Assembly (NCBI GenBank): GCA_963747195.1
Contig: CAVVDV010000005.1
Coordinates: forward strand, 193,125 to 257,124
Length of the DNA stretch: 64,000 nucleotides
Direction of reading: 5' to 3'
Source: an uncultured Actinomycetes bacterium
Lineage (GTDB): Bacteria > Actinomycetota > Acidimicrobiia > IMCC26256 > JACDBD01
The position numbers were made by a program, and so were the translations under genes. The notes beneath the pieces were generated by a model. The model did not search any database and was not told the origin of the DNA. It saw only the letters and a program-made list of their open reading frames with translations. Shown one piece after another: positions 1-12,666 of the stretch. Within the stretch, counting starts at the first letter, position 1, and the number at the start of each line of letters is the position of its first letter.

Positions 1-372
1 GCCGTTGTCGACGAGGTACTGATAAGCGGACACGCGAGCGTCGTGGCCCGGCGTACCCGGAACGTAGACATCGGAGATCAGCGCCGGGTCGGGGTTCTCA
101 CTAATCCATCGTTGGTTCGCGATCAGCGACTTGAAGATCGCCACGTAGTCGGTTCCGGTGTTCTCGAGCGGGGGGCGGGGGGTGCCGTGGAGCGAGCCGC
201 CGGGGATGGGCTTGCTCAGGTCGATCGTCGGCGGCGGGTTCGACGAAGTGGGCGGGGACGTCTTGGGGGAGGCCTTCTCCCCGCCGCCGGAACCGCCGCT
301 GCACGCGACGAGGACAGCCACGAGGGCGATGACGAGCGACCTTGTGACAGATTGGGAAGAGCAGCCACCCAT
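1..372 (-). CDS. Putative secreted lipoprotein, N-terminal part only (gene runs off the left edge of the window)
   Basis: Own translation of the minus strand from ATG at 372 gives MGGCSSQSVTRSLVIALVAVLVAC/SGGSGGGEKASPKTSPPTSSNPPP..., a signal peptide plus lipobox (LVAC) followed by a Ser/Pro/Gly linker. The frame stays open to position 1. A purine-rich GGGAGAGAG lies just upstream. It is absent from the ORF track because it has no stop in the window. Confidence 0.5.
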   Translation of the reverse strand, partial: MGGCSSQSVTRSLVIALVAVLVACSGGSGGGEKASPKTSPPTSSNPPPTIDLSKPIPGGSLHGTPRPPLENTGTDYVAIFKSLIANQRWISENPDPALISDVYVPGTPGHDARVSAYQYLVDNG

Positions 373-403
373 CGCTCTCTCCCTGTACCTGAGGGCCTCG
401 GTG

Positions 404-432
404 ACAATACCTGGATGTCCGCTTTGTGGCAA
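404..432 (-). promoter_or_regulatory. Candidate sigma-70-like promoter for the lipoprotein gene (TTGCCA - 17 nt - TATTGT on the minus strand)
   Basis: Reverse complement of 427..432 is TTGCCA and of 404..409 is TATTGT, with exactly 17 nt between them. It sits about 30 nt upstream of the ATG at 372, in the 67-nt spacer after the methyltransferase stop. Confidence 0.3.
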
Positions 433-439
433 GAGGCGG

Positions 440-1564
440 TCAGCCGGCCGCCAGCTCGAACACGGTGAAGAGCGACGGCAGCGGGATCTCGCGCTGCACG
501 GCGAACCCCGCCCGGCCGAACAGGGCCCGGTACTCGGCAGCCGTCCGCTCCCGCCCCGAGCCGGTGAGGATGAGCATCTCGAGGTCCATCACCTTGGCGA
601 AGCTCGGCGCCGGGCCCTCGGGGACGGGCATCTCCGTCACGAGCACTCGGGCCCCCGGCGTCATCGCCCGCCGGATGTTGCGGAGAATCGTCGTGCAACG
701 CTCGTCGTCCCAGTCGTGGACGATCGCAAAGAGCGTGTACAGGTCGTGCCCCTCGGGCACGGCCGTGAAGAAGTCGCCGGCGACGAACTCACACCGGTCG
801 CCGACACCGCGCGCCGCGAGGGCGGCCCGCGCCGGATCGGCCAGCTGCGGAAGGTCGAACACGACGCCGCGCAGCGCAGGATGCGCGGCGAGCAGGTCGC
901 CCATGATGGCGCCGGTACCCCCGCCGACGTCGCACACGCTCGTCACACTCGAGAAGTCATACGCGTCGACGACGAGCAGCCCCTGGAGGCGGGAGCCTTC
1001 GGTCATCGCGCCGTTGAACGCCGCACCGGCATCCGCGTCGACCTCGTTCACGTACTCGAAGAACTCGTGACCGGTCGCCGCGCGCGCCGCGCTCTCCCCC
1101 GTCACGAACGAGTGCTTCGCCTCGTTCCACATCCTCCAGTGCCAGTCGCCACCGAAGAACAGCACCCAGTCACGCGCCGACCACGGATGGTCGCGCCGTA
1201 GCGCGTCGGACACGGCGTTGTTCCGGTAGCGGCCGTCCCTCGTCATCCCGAGCAAGCCGCGCGACACCAGGAACCGGAGCAGCCGGTTCAGCGCGTCGGC
1301 GTCGGCGCCGACGTCAGCGGCGAGGTCGGGAGCGCGCCGTGGCCCACCGTGAAGGTGGTCGGGGATCTCGAGCTCGACCGCGACCACGAGGGCCTTGTTG
1401 TCGATCATCCCCTGAAGGTGCTCCAGGGTGACGATGAACGGCGGTGCGAGCTTGCGGCGCCCGAGGCCCAGCGCGTCGCGCACCCGGTTGACCGATCGGG
1501 CCACCCACGACGGAGGGACGGGCATCCCGAGCGCGTCGCGGGCGGTCGCGCGACGTGAGCTCAT
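440..1564 (-). CDS. Class I SAM-dependent O-methyltransferase (family 2 type, with N-terminal dimerisation/winged-helix part)
   Basis: Uninterrupted 374-aa ORF. SAM-binding motif VCDVGGGTGAIMGDLLAAHPALRGVVFDLPQ and C-terminal GGRERT-like GSGRERTAAEY, both typical of plant/actinobacterial O-methyltransferases. The exact start is uncertain. Confidence 0.8.
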   Translation of the reverse strand: MSSRRATARDALGMPVPPSWVARSVNRVRDALGLGRRKLAPPFIVTLEHLQGMIDNKALVVAVELEIPDHLHGGPRRAPDLAADVGADADALNRLLRFLVSRGLLGMTRDGRYRNNAVSDALRRDHPWSARDWVLFFGGDWHWRMWNEAKHSFVTGESAARAATGHEFFEYVNEVDADAGAAFNGAMTEGSRLQGLLVVDAYDFSSVTSVCDVGGGTGAIMGDLLAAHPALRGVVFDLPQLADPARAALAARGVGDRCEFVAGDFFTAVPEGHDLYTLFAIVHDWDDERCTTILRNIRRAMTPGARVLVTEMPVPEGPAPSFAKVMDLEMLILTGSGRERTAAEYRALFGRAGFAVQREIPLPSLFTVFELAAG

Positions 1565-1586
1565 CGCGCCACCTTCGCAGCCGACC

Positions 1587-4217
<2,631 letters not shown>

Positions 4218-4476
4218 TTACTCTCGTTCGCCGCCGTTCTTCAGAGGTTCCACCAGTTTCGCACGTAAGGACGCGAGCTCTACGGCCGACAGCCGTGTGC
4301 GAAGCGCCTGCTCGAGCACCCGGCGCCCCACCGCCTGCTCGAAGCATTCGGCAGTGGTGGAGGCGCAGAGCCACGCGCCCCGCCCCGGTCCTGCGCCGAC
4401 CGACACCGTGCCGTCGGGCGCCCGGGCGATCCGCACGAGCTCGTGCGGATCGGCGACCCGACGGCAGCCGACGCAC
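4218..4476 (-). CDS. ylxR: YlxR/DUF448 family RNA-binding protein (start codon uncertain)
   Basis: C-terminal part of ORF 4218..5048 reads RTCVGCRRVADPHELVRIARAPDGTVSV...GRGAWLCASTTAECFEQAV, the signature of YlxR. It sits between nusA and infB. No clean in-frame ATG/GTG was found; a GTG at 4476 is in another frame. Confidence 0.6.
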
Positions 4477-4497
4477 GTTCTGCGCCGCCGGGCTTGC

Positions 4498-5834
4498 TCA
4501 GCTGCCGCCGTCCTCCCCCCGCTTCGCTGTGGCCGCGTCGCCACCCTCGCTCGTGACGGCCGCCGCCGCGGTCTCGCTCTCGGCGGCCTCCGGCGCCGGC
4601 TGCGACTCTTCCGTCGATTCGCTCGACGAATCGGCCGGCGCGTCGCTCGACGAGTCCGCCTTCCTTGGCCGCCGCCTTGTCGCCGTCGGCGCTGTCGCCG
4701 TCGCCCTCCTTGGCCGCCACGACAGTCGGATCGGGCGCGGCGTACCCGGCCTCGGCGGCCGAGATCGCCTCGCCGCCCTCGGCCGGCTGCCAGACGAGCT
4801 CGCCGCTGTCGTTCTTCACCCATTCGCCCTCGGCGTACTCGACGCCGCCGCCGGCCTCCTCTTCCTGGAGCTGGGTCTCGCTCTTGATGTCGACACGCCA
4901 GCCGGTGAGGCGAGCGGCGAGCCGCGCGTTCTGGCCCTTCCTTGCCGATCGCGAGCGAGAGCTGGAAGTCGGGGACGATCACCTCGGCGGTGCCGGTCTC
5001 GTCGTGGATGCGGACCTCGCGCACGCGCGCCGGCGCCAGCGCCTTCATGACGAACTCGTCGGTGTTCGTCGCTGTACGGGACGATGTCGACCTTCTCGCC
5101 CCGCAGCTCGTTCACGACCATCCGCACCCGCGAGCCGCGAGCGCCGACGCACGCGCCGACGGGGTCGACGTTGTTGTCGTTCGACGCGACCGCGATCTTC
5201 GTGCGGTGCCCGGGCTCGCGGGCGATCGCCTTGATCTCGACGACGCCGTCGACGATCTCGGGCACCTCGAGCTCGAAGAGCCGCTTCACGAGGCCGGGGT
5301 GCGTGCGCGACACGACGATCTGCGGGCCCTTGGCCGTCTTGCGCACCTCGACGATGTACGCCTTGAGCCGGCGAGCCGTGCTCGTAGCGCTCGTTCTGGA
5401 CCTGCTCGGCCTGCGGCAGCAGCGCCTCGACCTTGCCCAGGTCGAGCAGCGTGTAGCGCTGGTCGGTCTGCTGGATGATCCCGGTGACGATGTCGCCCTC
5501 GCGGCCGGCGTACTCCTCGTACTTCATCTCGCGCTCGGCGTCGCGGATCCGCTGGAGGATCACCTGCTTGGCGGTCTGCGCCGCGATGCGACCGAAGTCG
5601 TCGGGCGTGTCGTCCCACTCGCGGACGACGTTGCCCTCTTCGTCGAGCTCCTGCGCGATGACGCGGATGTCGCCGGTCTCGACGTCGATCTCGACCAGCG
5701 CCTCCTCGGCCGCGTTCGGGCATGCGCTTGTACGCGGTCACGAGCGCGTTCGCCAGTGCCTCGAGCATGATCTCGACCGAGATGCCCTTCTCGCGCTCGA
5801 TGTTCTCGAGCGCCTCCATCATGTCGGAGTTCAT
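4498..5834 (-). CDS. nusA: Transcription termination/antitermination factor NusA (frame-disrupted, at least 5 frame changes)
   Basis: The conserved sequence runs through ORF pieces 5286..5894 ([19 protein letters not shown]), 5045..5563 (S1 domain: [15 protein letters not shown]), 4816..5346 ([40 protein letters not shown]), 4218..5048 (KH: LSLAIGKEG) and 4280..4819. A hand-translated acidic tail ends ...GEDGGS with TGA at 4498. The ATG at 5834 overlaps the rimP stop (ATGA). Confidence 0.9.
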
Positions 5835-6358
5835 CGGGCGACTTCCTTCTGTTGCTTCTTCTTCGCGCGCTTGCCGGCGTCTTCGGCGCCGCACCCCATT
5901 CGAAGACGGTGCGCGCTTCGATGATCTGGTCGTAGTCGACGTGCTCGCCGACGTCGGTGTCGTCGACGTCGACCTCGACGCCGTCGCTCGTCGGCGGCGA
6001 CGAGCACGCCGCGGAGGCGGCGCACCTCGCCGTCGGCGTCGCCGCGGATCTTGACGACACGGTCTCGCCCACCGCCCGGCGGAAGTGCGTCGGGCCGGCG
6101 GAGCGGACGCTCGAGGCCGGGGCTGCTCACCTCGAGCGCGTACGGCCCGGCAGGTCGTCGAGCCGCGTCGGCGTCGAGGACCTGCGTAGCGTCCGGTGCC
6201 GCCGTGATCGCGTCGAGGTCGACGCCGCCGTCACGGTCGACGATGACCCGAACCGTGCTGGCGCGCCCCGAACCGGTGAGCTGGACGTCGAAGACCTCGA
6301 GGCCCAACGTCGCGAGCACCGGCTCGATCGCGGCAACGATCGTCTCCCGTTCCGGCAC
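5831..6358 (-). CDS. rimP: Ribosome maturation factor RimP (frame-disrupted)
   Basis: N-terminus MPERETIVAAIEPVLATLGLEVFDVQL and ALEVSSPGLERPL in ORF 5831..6358. The middle/C-terminal part (DGVEVDVDDTDVGEHVDYDQIIEARTVFEWG) is in ORF 5560..6072. It is immediately upstream of nusA. Confidence 0.85.
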   Translation of the reverse strand: MPERETIVAAIEPVLATLGLEVFDVQLTGSGRASTVRVIVDRDGGVDLDAITAAPDATQVLDADAARRPAGPYALEVSSPGLERPLRRPDALPPGGGRDRVVKIRGDADGEVRRLRGVLVAADERRRRGRRRRHRRRRARRLRPDHRSAHRLRMGCGAEDAGKRAKKKQQKEVAR

Positions 6359-6431
6359 CGGCGCTCACCTCCTTGCTGTCCTCGACCGTCCTGGTCCTCG
6401 ATCAGCCCTCCGTTGCCACCCGCCGGCCAAC

Positions 6432-6456
6432 AAAAAACGTGGGCTTACGCCCACGT
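6432..6456 (-). terminator. Canonical intrinsic terminator on the minus strand (8-bp stem, GUAA loop, U-tract)
   Basis: The minus-strand RNA reads ACGUGGGC-GUAA-GCCCACGU-UUUUU. It is about 97 nt downstream of the inferred ligase stop and 74 nt upstream of the rimP start. Confidence 0.6.
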
Positions 6457-6552
6457 CCCGCCTGCCAGTGGGTCGGTCGTCAGTCACGACCGAACCCCGT
6501 AAGTATAACGGGTTTCGCCCGGTTGAACCCCTCGCGAACGACTCGCGATCCG

Positions 6553-7627
6553 CTACAGACCGAAGATCTCGTGCGAGCTCGGGGGGGACGGGCGCCTCGA
6601 GCTGTTCGTAGGTGCACGAGCTCGGGTCCCGGTCGGGCCGCCAGCGCTGGAACCGGGCGGTGTGGCGGAAGCGGTCGCCCTGGAGGTGCTCGTAGGCGAC
6701 CTCGGCGACGAGCTCGATCCGCAGCGGCTCCCAGCGCATGTCCTTCTTGGCGTTCCAGCGGCTCGGCGCGCCCGGCATCCGGCCTCCCGCCTCCTGCGCC
6801 TGGGCGTCGGCCCACTCGCGCCACGGGTGCCCCTCGAGGGCGTTCTTCCGGTACGGCTGGAGCTCCTTGGCGAGCTTCTTGCGCAGCGGCGCCGCGAAGC
6901 TGCTCGCCACCCCGACGTGGTGGAGCGTCCCCTCGTCGTCGTAGAGGCCCAGGAGCAGCGAGCCGACGCCGTCGCCGTCCTTGTGCGTGCGGAACCCGGC
7001 GACGACGCAGTCGGCGGTGCGCTGGTGCTTGACCTTGAACCAGGCGCGCTCGTTCTCGCGGTACTCGCCCGCCCGCGGCTTGGCGATCACCCCGTCGAGG
7101 CCGGCGCCCTCGAACTGCTCGAACCAGTCGGCGGCGATCGCCGGGTCGGCGGTCGACGGCGTGAGGTGGATCGGCGGCTTGGCTCGGCGCAGCATCCGCT
7201 CGAGCGCGCTGGCGCCGCTCGGACGAACGGGTGCTCGACGGAGGTCGTCGTCGCCCTCGGCGAGCAGGTCGAACGCGACGAAGCTCGACGGCGTCTCGGC
7301 CGCCAGCTTCGCCACCCGGCTCGCGGCCGGATGGATGCGCATCTGCAGAGCGATCGAAGTCGAGGCCGTGCTCGGTGGCGATCACGATCTCGCCGTCGAC
7401 ACTGCTCGCTCGGGCAGCGCGCCGCGCAGTTGCTCGACGAGCTCGGGGAAGTACCGGTTGAACGGGCGCTCGTTGCGGCTGCCGAGCTCGATCTCGTCGC
7501 CGTCGCGGAACACGATGCACCGGAAGCCGTCCCACTTCGGCTCGTAGAGCATCCCGTCGGCGGTCGGGAGCTCGCGGACGAGCTTCGCGAGCATCGGCGA
7601 CACCGGCGGGGTGACCGGGAGCTTCAT
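6553..7627 (-). CDS. lig: ATP-dependent DNA ligase, adenylation + OB domains only (LigC-like; frame-disrupted)
   Basis: [16 protein letters not shown]...[10 protein letters not shown] (motif I KxDG) in ORF 7382..7822. [15 protein letters not shown] is in 6480..8228. [20 protein letters not shown] and the OB-fold part are in 6365..7342. The end was inferred as ...HEIFGL-TAG at 6553 after a final frame change in a G7 run. The ATG overlaps the proS stop. Confidence 0.8.
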
Positions 7628-9353
7628 GACCGGCTCGCAAGGACGGCCGCGACGACGTCGCCGGCGGCGAGCTCGTCTTCGCTCGCCGGTGGCGCGGTCG
7701 CGGCGCTCGACCACGCCCCGTGCGAGCCCCTGGGCGCCGACGGTGACACGCGTGGGCATGCCGAGCAGGTCGGCGTCGGCGAACTTGATCCCGGGGCTTG
7801 CATCGCGGTCGTCGTAGAGCACGTCGACGCCGGCGGCGCGTGAGCTCGTCGTAGAGGCGGTCCGCGGCGGCGGCGACGTCGGCGGCCTGGTCGCCCTTGC
7901 CGGGAAGCGCGACGAGGTGCACGTCGTACGGCGCGACGGCGGCCGGCCACGCGAAGCCGAGGTCGTCGTGGTGCTCCTCGGCGACGGCCGCGACGATGCG
8001 CGTCACGCCGATCCCGTAGCAACCCATCACCATCGGGTGCTGCTCGCCCGCCTCGTCGGTGTACATGCAGTCGAGCGCTTCGGTGTACTTGGTGCCGAGC
8101 TGGAACACCTGCCCGACCTCGATGCCGCGGTCGACCGAGAGCGTCTCGCCGCAACGCGGGCACGGGTCGCCGGTGACGACTTGCGCGATGTCGGCCCATG
8201 CGTCGACGTGGAAGTCGCGATCGAGCACGGCGCGGCGGACGTGGTAGTCGGGCTCGTTCGCGCCGGTGACCCACGACTCCCTGCGAGCGAACGAACCGGT
8301 CGGCGACGACCAGCGACACGTCGGGGAGATGCGGACCGATGTAGCCCTTGGGCAGCTCGGGATGCCGTTCGAAGTCGTCGTCGTCGAACAGCCGAGCCGT
8401 GCGCGGCGCGACGGCCTTTTGCAGCAGGTACGGGTTGACCTCGCGGTCGCCGGGCACCAGCGCGAGCCCGACCTCGCCGTCGATGTCGAAGGCGATCGAC
8501 TTGAGCAGCTCGCCGGGAGCGACGCCGAGCTCGGCGGCGACGCCGTCGATGCCGGGCAGGTCGGGCGTGTGCACCTTTTCCATCGCGGAGATGTCGCCTG
8601 CCGGCGCGACGCCTCCGTCGGTGGGTGCGCCGCGGCGTCGCCGACTTGCGATGTTGGCGGCGTAGTCGCAGCTCTTGCACCAGACGAACGTCGTCCTCGC
8701 CCACGGCGGCGACGGCCATGAACTCGTGGTTCACGTCCCCGCCGATCTCACCCGCCTCGCCCTCGACGGGACGGAAGGTGAGGCCGCACCGGGTGAACAC
8801 GCGCGTGTACGCGTCGAACATCTGCTGGTAGCTCCGCTTGCAGGCCCTCCTCGTCGGCGTCGAACGAGTACGCGTCCTTCATCAGGAACTCGCGGCCGCG
8901 CAGGATCCCGAAGCGAGGGCGCAGCTCGTCGCGGTACTTCCAGTTGATCTGGTAGAGGTTCACGGGCAGGTCGCGATAGCTCGAGTACTCGCCGGCGACG
9001 GTGCTGGTGATGACCTCCTCCGCCGTCGGCGACAGGCAGAACCCGGTCTCCTTGCGGTCCTGCGAGCCGGAACAGCTCGGGGCCGTACGTGGCGTTGCGC
9101 CCGCTGCGCTCCCACAGCTCGAGGGGCTGGAGCGATCGGGAGCCAGAGCTCCTGGGCGCCGGCGGCGTCCATCTCCTCCCGGACGATCTGGGCGACCTTG
9201 CGCAGCACCCGGCGAGCCGAGCGGCAGCCACGAGTAGACGCCGCTCGCGACGCGGCGGATGAAGCCGGCGCGGACAAGGAGCCGGTGGCTGTCGACCTCG
9301 GCATCGGCCGGATCGTCCCGCAGCGTGCGCAGGAAGAGCTGGGACATCCGCAT
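7624..9353 (-). CDS. proS: Prolyl-tRNA synthetase, bacterial type (frame-disrupted, many frame changes)
   Basis: Start [46 protein letters not shown] (ATG 9353), then [45 protein letters not shown] and [22 protein letters not shown]. It ends ...[12 protein letters not shown]. The sequence is spread over ORF pieces 8748..9995, 8731..9621, 8027..8821, 7624..8583, 6480..8228 and 7382..7822. Confidence 0.9.
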
Positions 9354-9376
9354 AGGCGGAGCGTATCGAGCCGATG

Positions 9377-10731
9377 TCAGTTGGGCGGCGGGATCGGGCC
9401 CGGGTCGCCCGGCGTGCACGTCGACGGATGGGACGTGCGGCCGGGCTCGGGGAGCCGCGGCGGGTCGCGGAAGGCCTGCCGGTCGAAGTCGAGGGAGTCG
9501 AGCAGGTTGTCGGCGTTCGCGTCGCGGAAGGTGAGCGCGGGGAGATTCCATTTCGTCTCGACGAGCTTGAGGATCGACGTGTGGTCGTGCACCGCGTGCG
9601 AGACGTAGTTGCGCCGCGCATACGGCGACACGATGACCGCCGGCACGCGGAAGCCGTACCGGTCGTACCCGCCCGGCTGGTCGGGTGGCACGTGGATGTC
9701 GGGCGGGATGTCGTCCGGCTTGATCGCGCGCGGCGGCGGGACGTGGTCGTAGTAGCCGCCGTGCTCGTCGTACAACCAGATCAGCAGCGTCTTCGACCAC
9801 GCAGGACCGTGCATCGCCGCGTTGACGACGCGTGACACGAACGACTCGCCGACCTGGATGTCGGCGTCGTTCTCCTCGGACTCGTCGTGTGTCGAAACCC
9901 GGATCGACGAGCGAGAGGCCGGGGAGCGTGCCGGCGGCGGCGTCGGCGTAGAACTGGTCGATGTTCACGAGCTTGTCGCCGTCGTTGTCGACCACCGACT
10001 TGTACAGCCCGGTCTGACGGCAGGTCGGTGAAGTAGTTGCGCCAGCTGATGCCGTGGGCGTCCAGCTGGTCGAAGATCAGCCCGTTGGGCGGCGACGGCG
10101 CCAGGATCTTCGAGACGTCGGTGCTGACAAGCCCGTGAGCCGTGCCGGCCAAGAGGAACCGGCGGTTCGGATACGTCTGGCCCAAGCACGAACCGAACCA
10201 GCTGTCGCACAGCGGAAACGTGCGGGCGAGCCCGTAATAGAAGGGAAGGTCCTCCTTGGTCCAGTAGCCCATGGCGACGGGCCCACTGGCGCGCACGAAG
10301 CCGTCGTTGCGGCCGTTGTCGTACTGAATGTGGCTGGCGTTCCAGTTCTGGCCCGGAGCCTGCATGAGCTGACAGGTGCTCGGCATGCGGAACGCACGGA
10401 CGAGGTTGCCCTCGTCGTCGCGGTTGGCGGCCGTCGGGCGGCCGTTGTGGTCGAGCGCGAAGCCGTCACCGCGGCCGAGCATGCCGAGGTAGTTGTCGAA
10501 CGAGTGGTTCTCCATCATCACGACGACGATGTGGTCGATCTTCGGCAGGGTGTCGGTGCCGGCGGGGAGCTTCGGATGCGGGAGCGACCCGGGCGGGCGG
10601 ATGGGCCTGGGCGTCGCTGCGCGTGCCGGCCCGCTCAGCTCGGGCCATCCCAGCCGGCTCAGGGCGACGGCGCCGCCCAGGGCGGCGGTGCGGCCGAGGA
10701 ACGAACGGCGGGACAGGCGCCTGTCGGGCAC
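9377..10731 (-). CDS. Tat-exported phosphoesterase family protein (phospholipase C / acid phosphatase type; frame-disrupted)
   Basis: Twin-arginine signal SRRSFLGRTAALGG and the phosphoesterase motif HIVVVMMENHSFDNYLG (ORF 9781..10731). A middle piece lies in 8748..9995 (DKLVNIDQFYADAAAGTLPG). The C-terminal piece 9377..9838 reads LLIWLYDEHGGYYDHVPPP, FRVPAVIVSPY. Confidence 0.8.
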
Positions 10732-10882
10732 GTCGGGATTCTGTCGCGTGGAAGACGAATCACGACCTGCGGCGTCGGGAAATATTCCTGACCTGGGCGG
10801 TGGTATTTCGGACCCGGACCCGCTAGCCTAAATCCGACCGCAGCACTCAGTTTTCCTGGATCCACCCTTTCCGGAGGACGAC

Positions 10883-12666
10883 ATGGCCATCGACGTGAGC
10901 ACGCTGTCGACCCGGCCCCTCGACCCCGTCGTCGACGAGGAGCTGGTCAAGTTCGAGGAAGGCGTCCGCCAGTATCTCGCCGGCGAGATCGACGAGGACG
11001 TTTTCCGGGTCTTCCGCCTGAACCAGGGCATTTACGGCCAGCGCCAGGGCGGGCACAACCAGATGGTGCGGGTCAAGGTCCCCCACGGCTCGCTCGTCCC
11101 CGAGCAGCTCGAGATGCTCGGGTACCTCGCCGACGAGTACTCGCGCGGCTGGGCGCACCTCACCACCCGCCAGAACGTGCAGATGCACTTCGTGCAGCTC
11201 GAGCAGACGCCCGAGCTCCTGCGCCTGCTGGCGTCGGTCGACCTGACCAGCCGCGAGGCGTGCGGCGACACCGTCCGCAACGTGACCGGTTGCCACCTCG
11301 CCGGCGCGTGCCCGTTCGAGGTGCTCGACATCAGCCCGTGGGCCAAGGCGACCACCGAGTTCTTCCTGCGCAACCCGTACGCGCAGCGGCTGCCGCGCAA
11401 GTTCAAGATCAACTTCTCGGGCTGCGTCACCGACTGCGGCCAGGCCATGTTCAACGACGTCGGCGTCATCGGCGTGAACCGCCCCAAGCCCGACGGCACG
11501 CTCGAGCCCGGCTTCAAGGTGTTCGTCGCCGGCGGGCTCGGCGCCAACCCGCATCCCGCGCAGGCGCTCGAGGAGTTCACGCCACGCGAGCAGCTCATGC
11601 CGACGCTCGAGGCGATCGTGCGCGTGTTCGACCACTACGGCAACCGCGACAACAAGCTGCGGGCGCGCATGAAGTGGCTGGTCGACACGATGGGCATGGA
11701 GGAGCTGCGCGAGCGCATCTTCAAGGAGCGCAAGTTCCTCCCCGCCGCGAGCTCCTACCCCGGCGGCATCCCCGACGCCGTCCAAGAGCACGGCGACGCG
11801 CCCGCAGGTGCGGGCACGGGCCCGGTCACCCAGGTCGGGCAGGCACCGGTCAACTTCCTCGGTCTCACGCAGTACGAGCGGTGGGAGAACGCCAACGTCG
11901 TGCGCGGCCGCGCCAACGGCACCGTCAGCGCCTACGCGTACGCCCGCCTCGGCGACATCACCTCCGACCAGTTCCGTCAGCTGGCGGAGATCCAGCGCGA
12001 GTTCGGGTTCGACGTGCGCGTCACGAACCGGCAGAACTTCGCGCTGCGAGGGCTGCGCGAGGACCAGCTCGCCGACCTGCACCGCGGCTCACCGCGATCG
12101 GGATGGCGGAGCCGGGCGCCGAGCTCGCCCGCGACGTCGTGGCATGCCCCGGCGCCGACACGTGCAACCTCGCCGTCACCCAGTCGCGCGGTCTCGCCGA
12201 CGACATCGGTACGGCGCTCGAGAACGCCGGCCTGGCAGACGTCGGCGGCGTGCGCGTCAACATCTCGGGCTGCACCAACTCGTGCGGCCAGCACCACATC
12301 TCCGACATCGGCTTCGTCGGGATCGAGCGCCGCGCCCATGGCCGCGCCGCCCCCGGCTACCAGATGCTCCTCGGCGGCCAGGTCGGCCACATGGAGGTGG
12401 CGTTCGGGGAGAAGGCGGCGAAGCTCCCGGCCAAGCGGGCGTCGGAGGCGGTCGTGCGGATCGTCGGCAAGTTCGCCGGCGAGCGCTCGGCGGGCGAGAC
12501 CTTCGGCGAGTGGCTCCAGCGTTCCGGCGGCGCCGCCGCGGTCGGCACCGCGGTCAAGGACCTGGACCAGTTCCCGACGCCCGACGAAGCACCCGAGTTC
12601 TACGTCGACTTCGACGAGACCGGTCCGTACGAGAAGGACGTCGGCGACAGCGAGTGCGCCACATGA
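10883..12666 (+). CDS. sir: Ferredoxin-dependent sulfite reductase (siroheme/4Fe-4S; one frame change near 12085)
   Basis: The first ~400 aa of ORF 10883..13357 are conserved NirA/Sir sequence. They continue in frame 11260..12666 with ACPGADTCNLAVTQS and SGCTNSCGQHHISDIGF (siroheme-FeS cysteines). The stop overlaps the cysH ATG (ATGA). Confidence 0.88.

Noticed and set aside
6457-6552. A possible tRNA or known small RNA in the ligase-rimP spacer; ggttgaaccc superficially resembles a T-arm.
   Set aside because: I could not build an acceptor stem, anticodon arm or cloverleaf, and recognised no known ncRNA consensus. It is kept only as an unspecified structured spacer.
9377-10731. The Tat-exported phospholipase C/phosphoesterase as a virulence or horizontally acquired island.
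   Set aside because: It is a single gene with the same GC and codon style as its neighbours and no mobility genes. Such phosphoesterases are common phosphate-scavenging enzymes in soil and aquatic actinobacteria.
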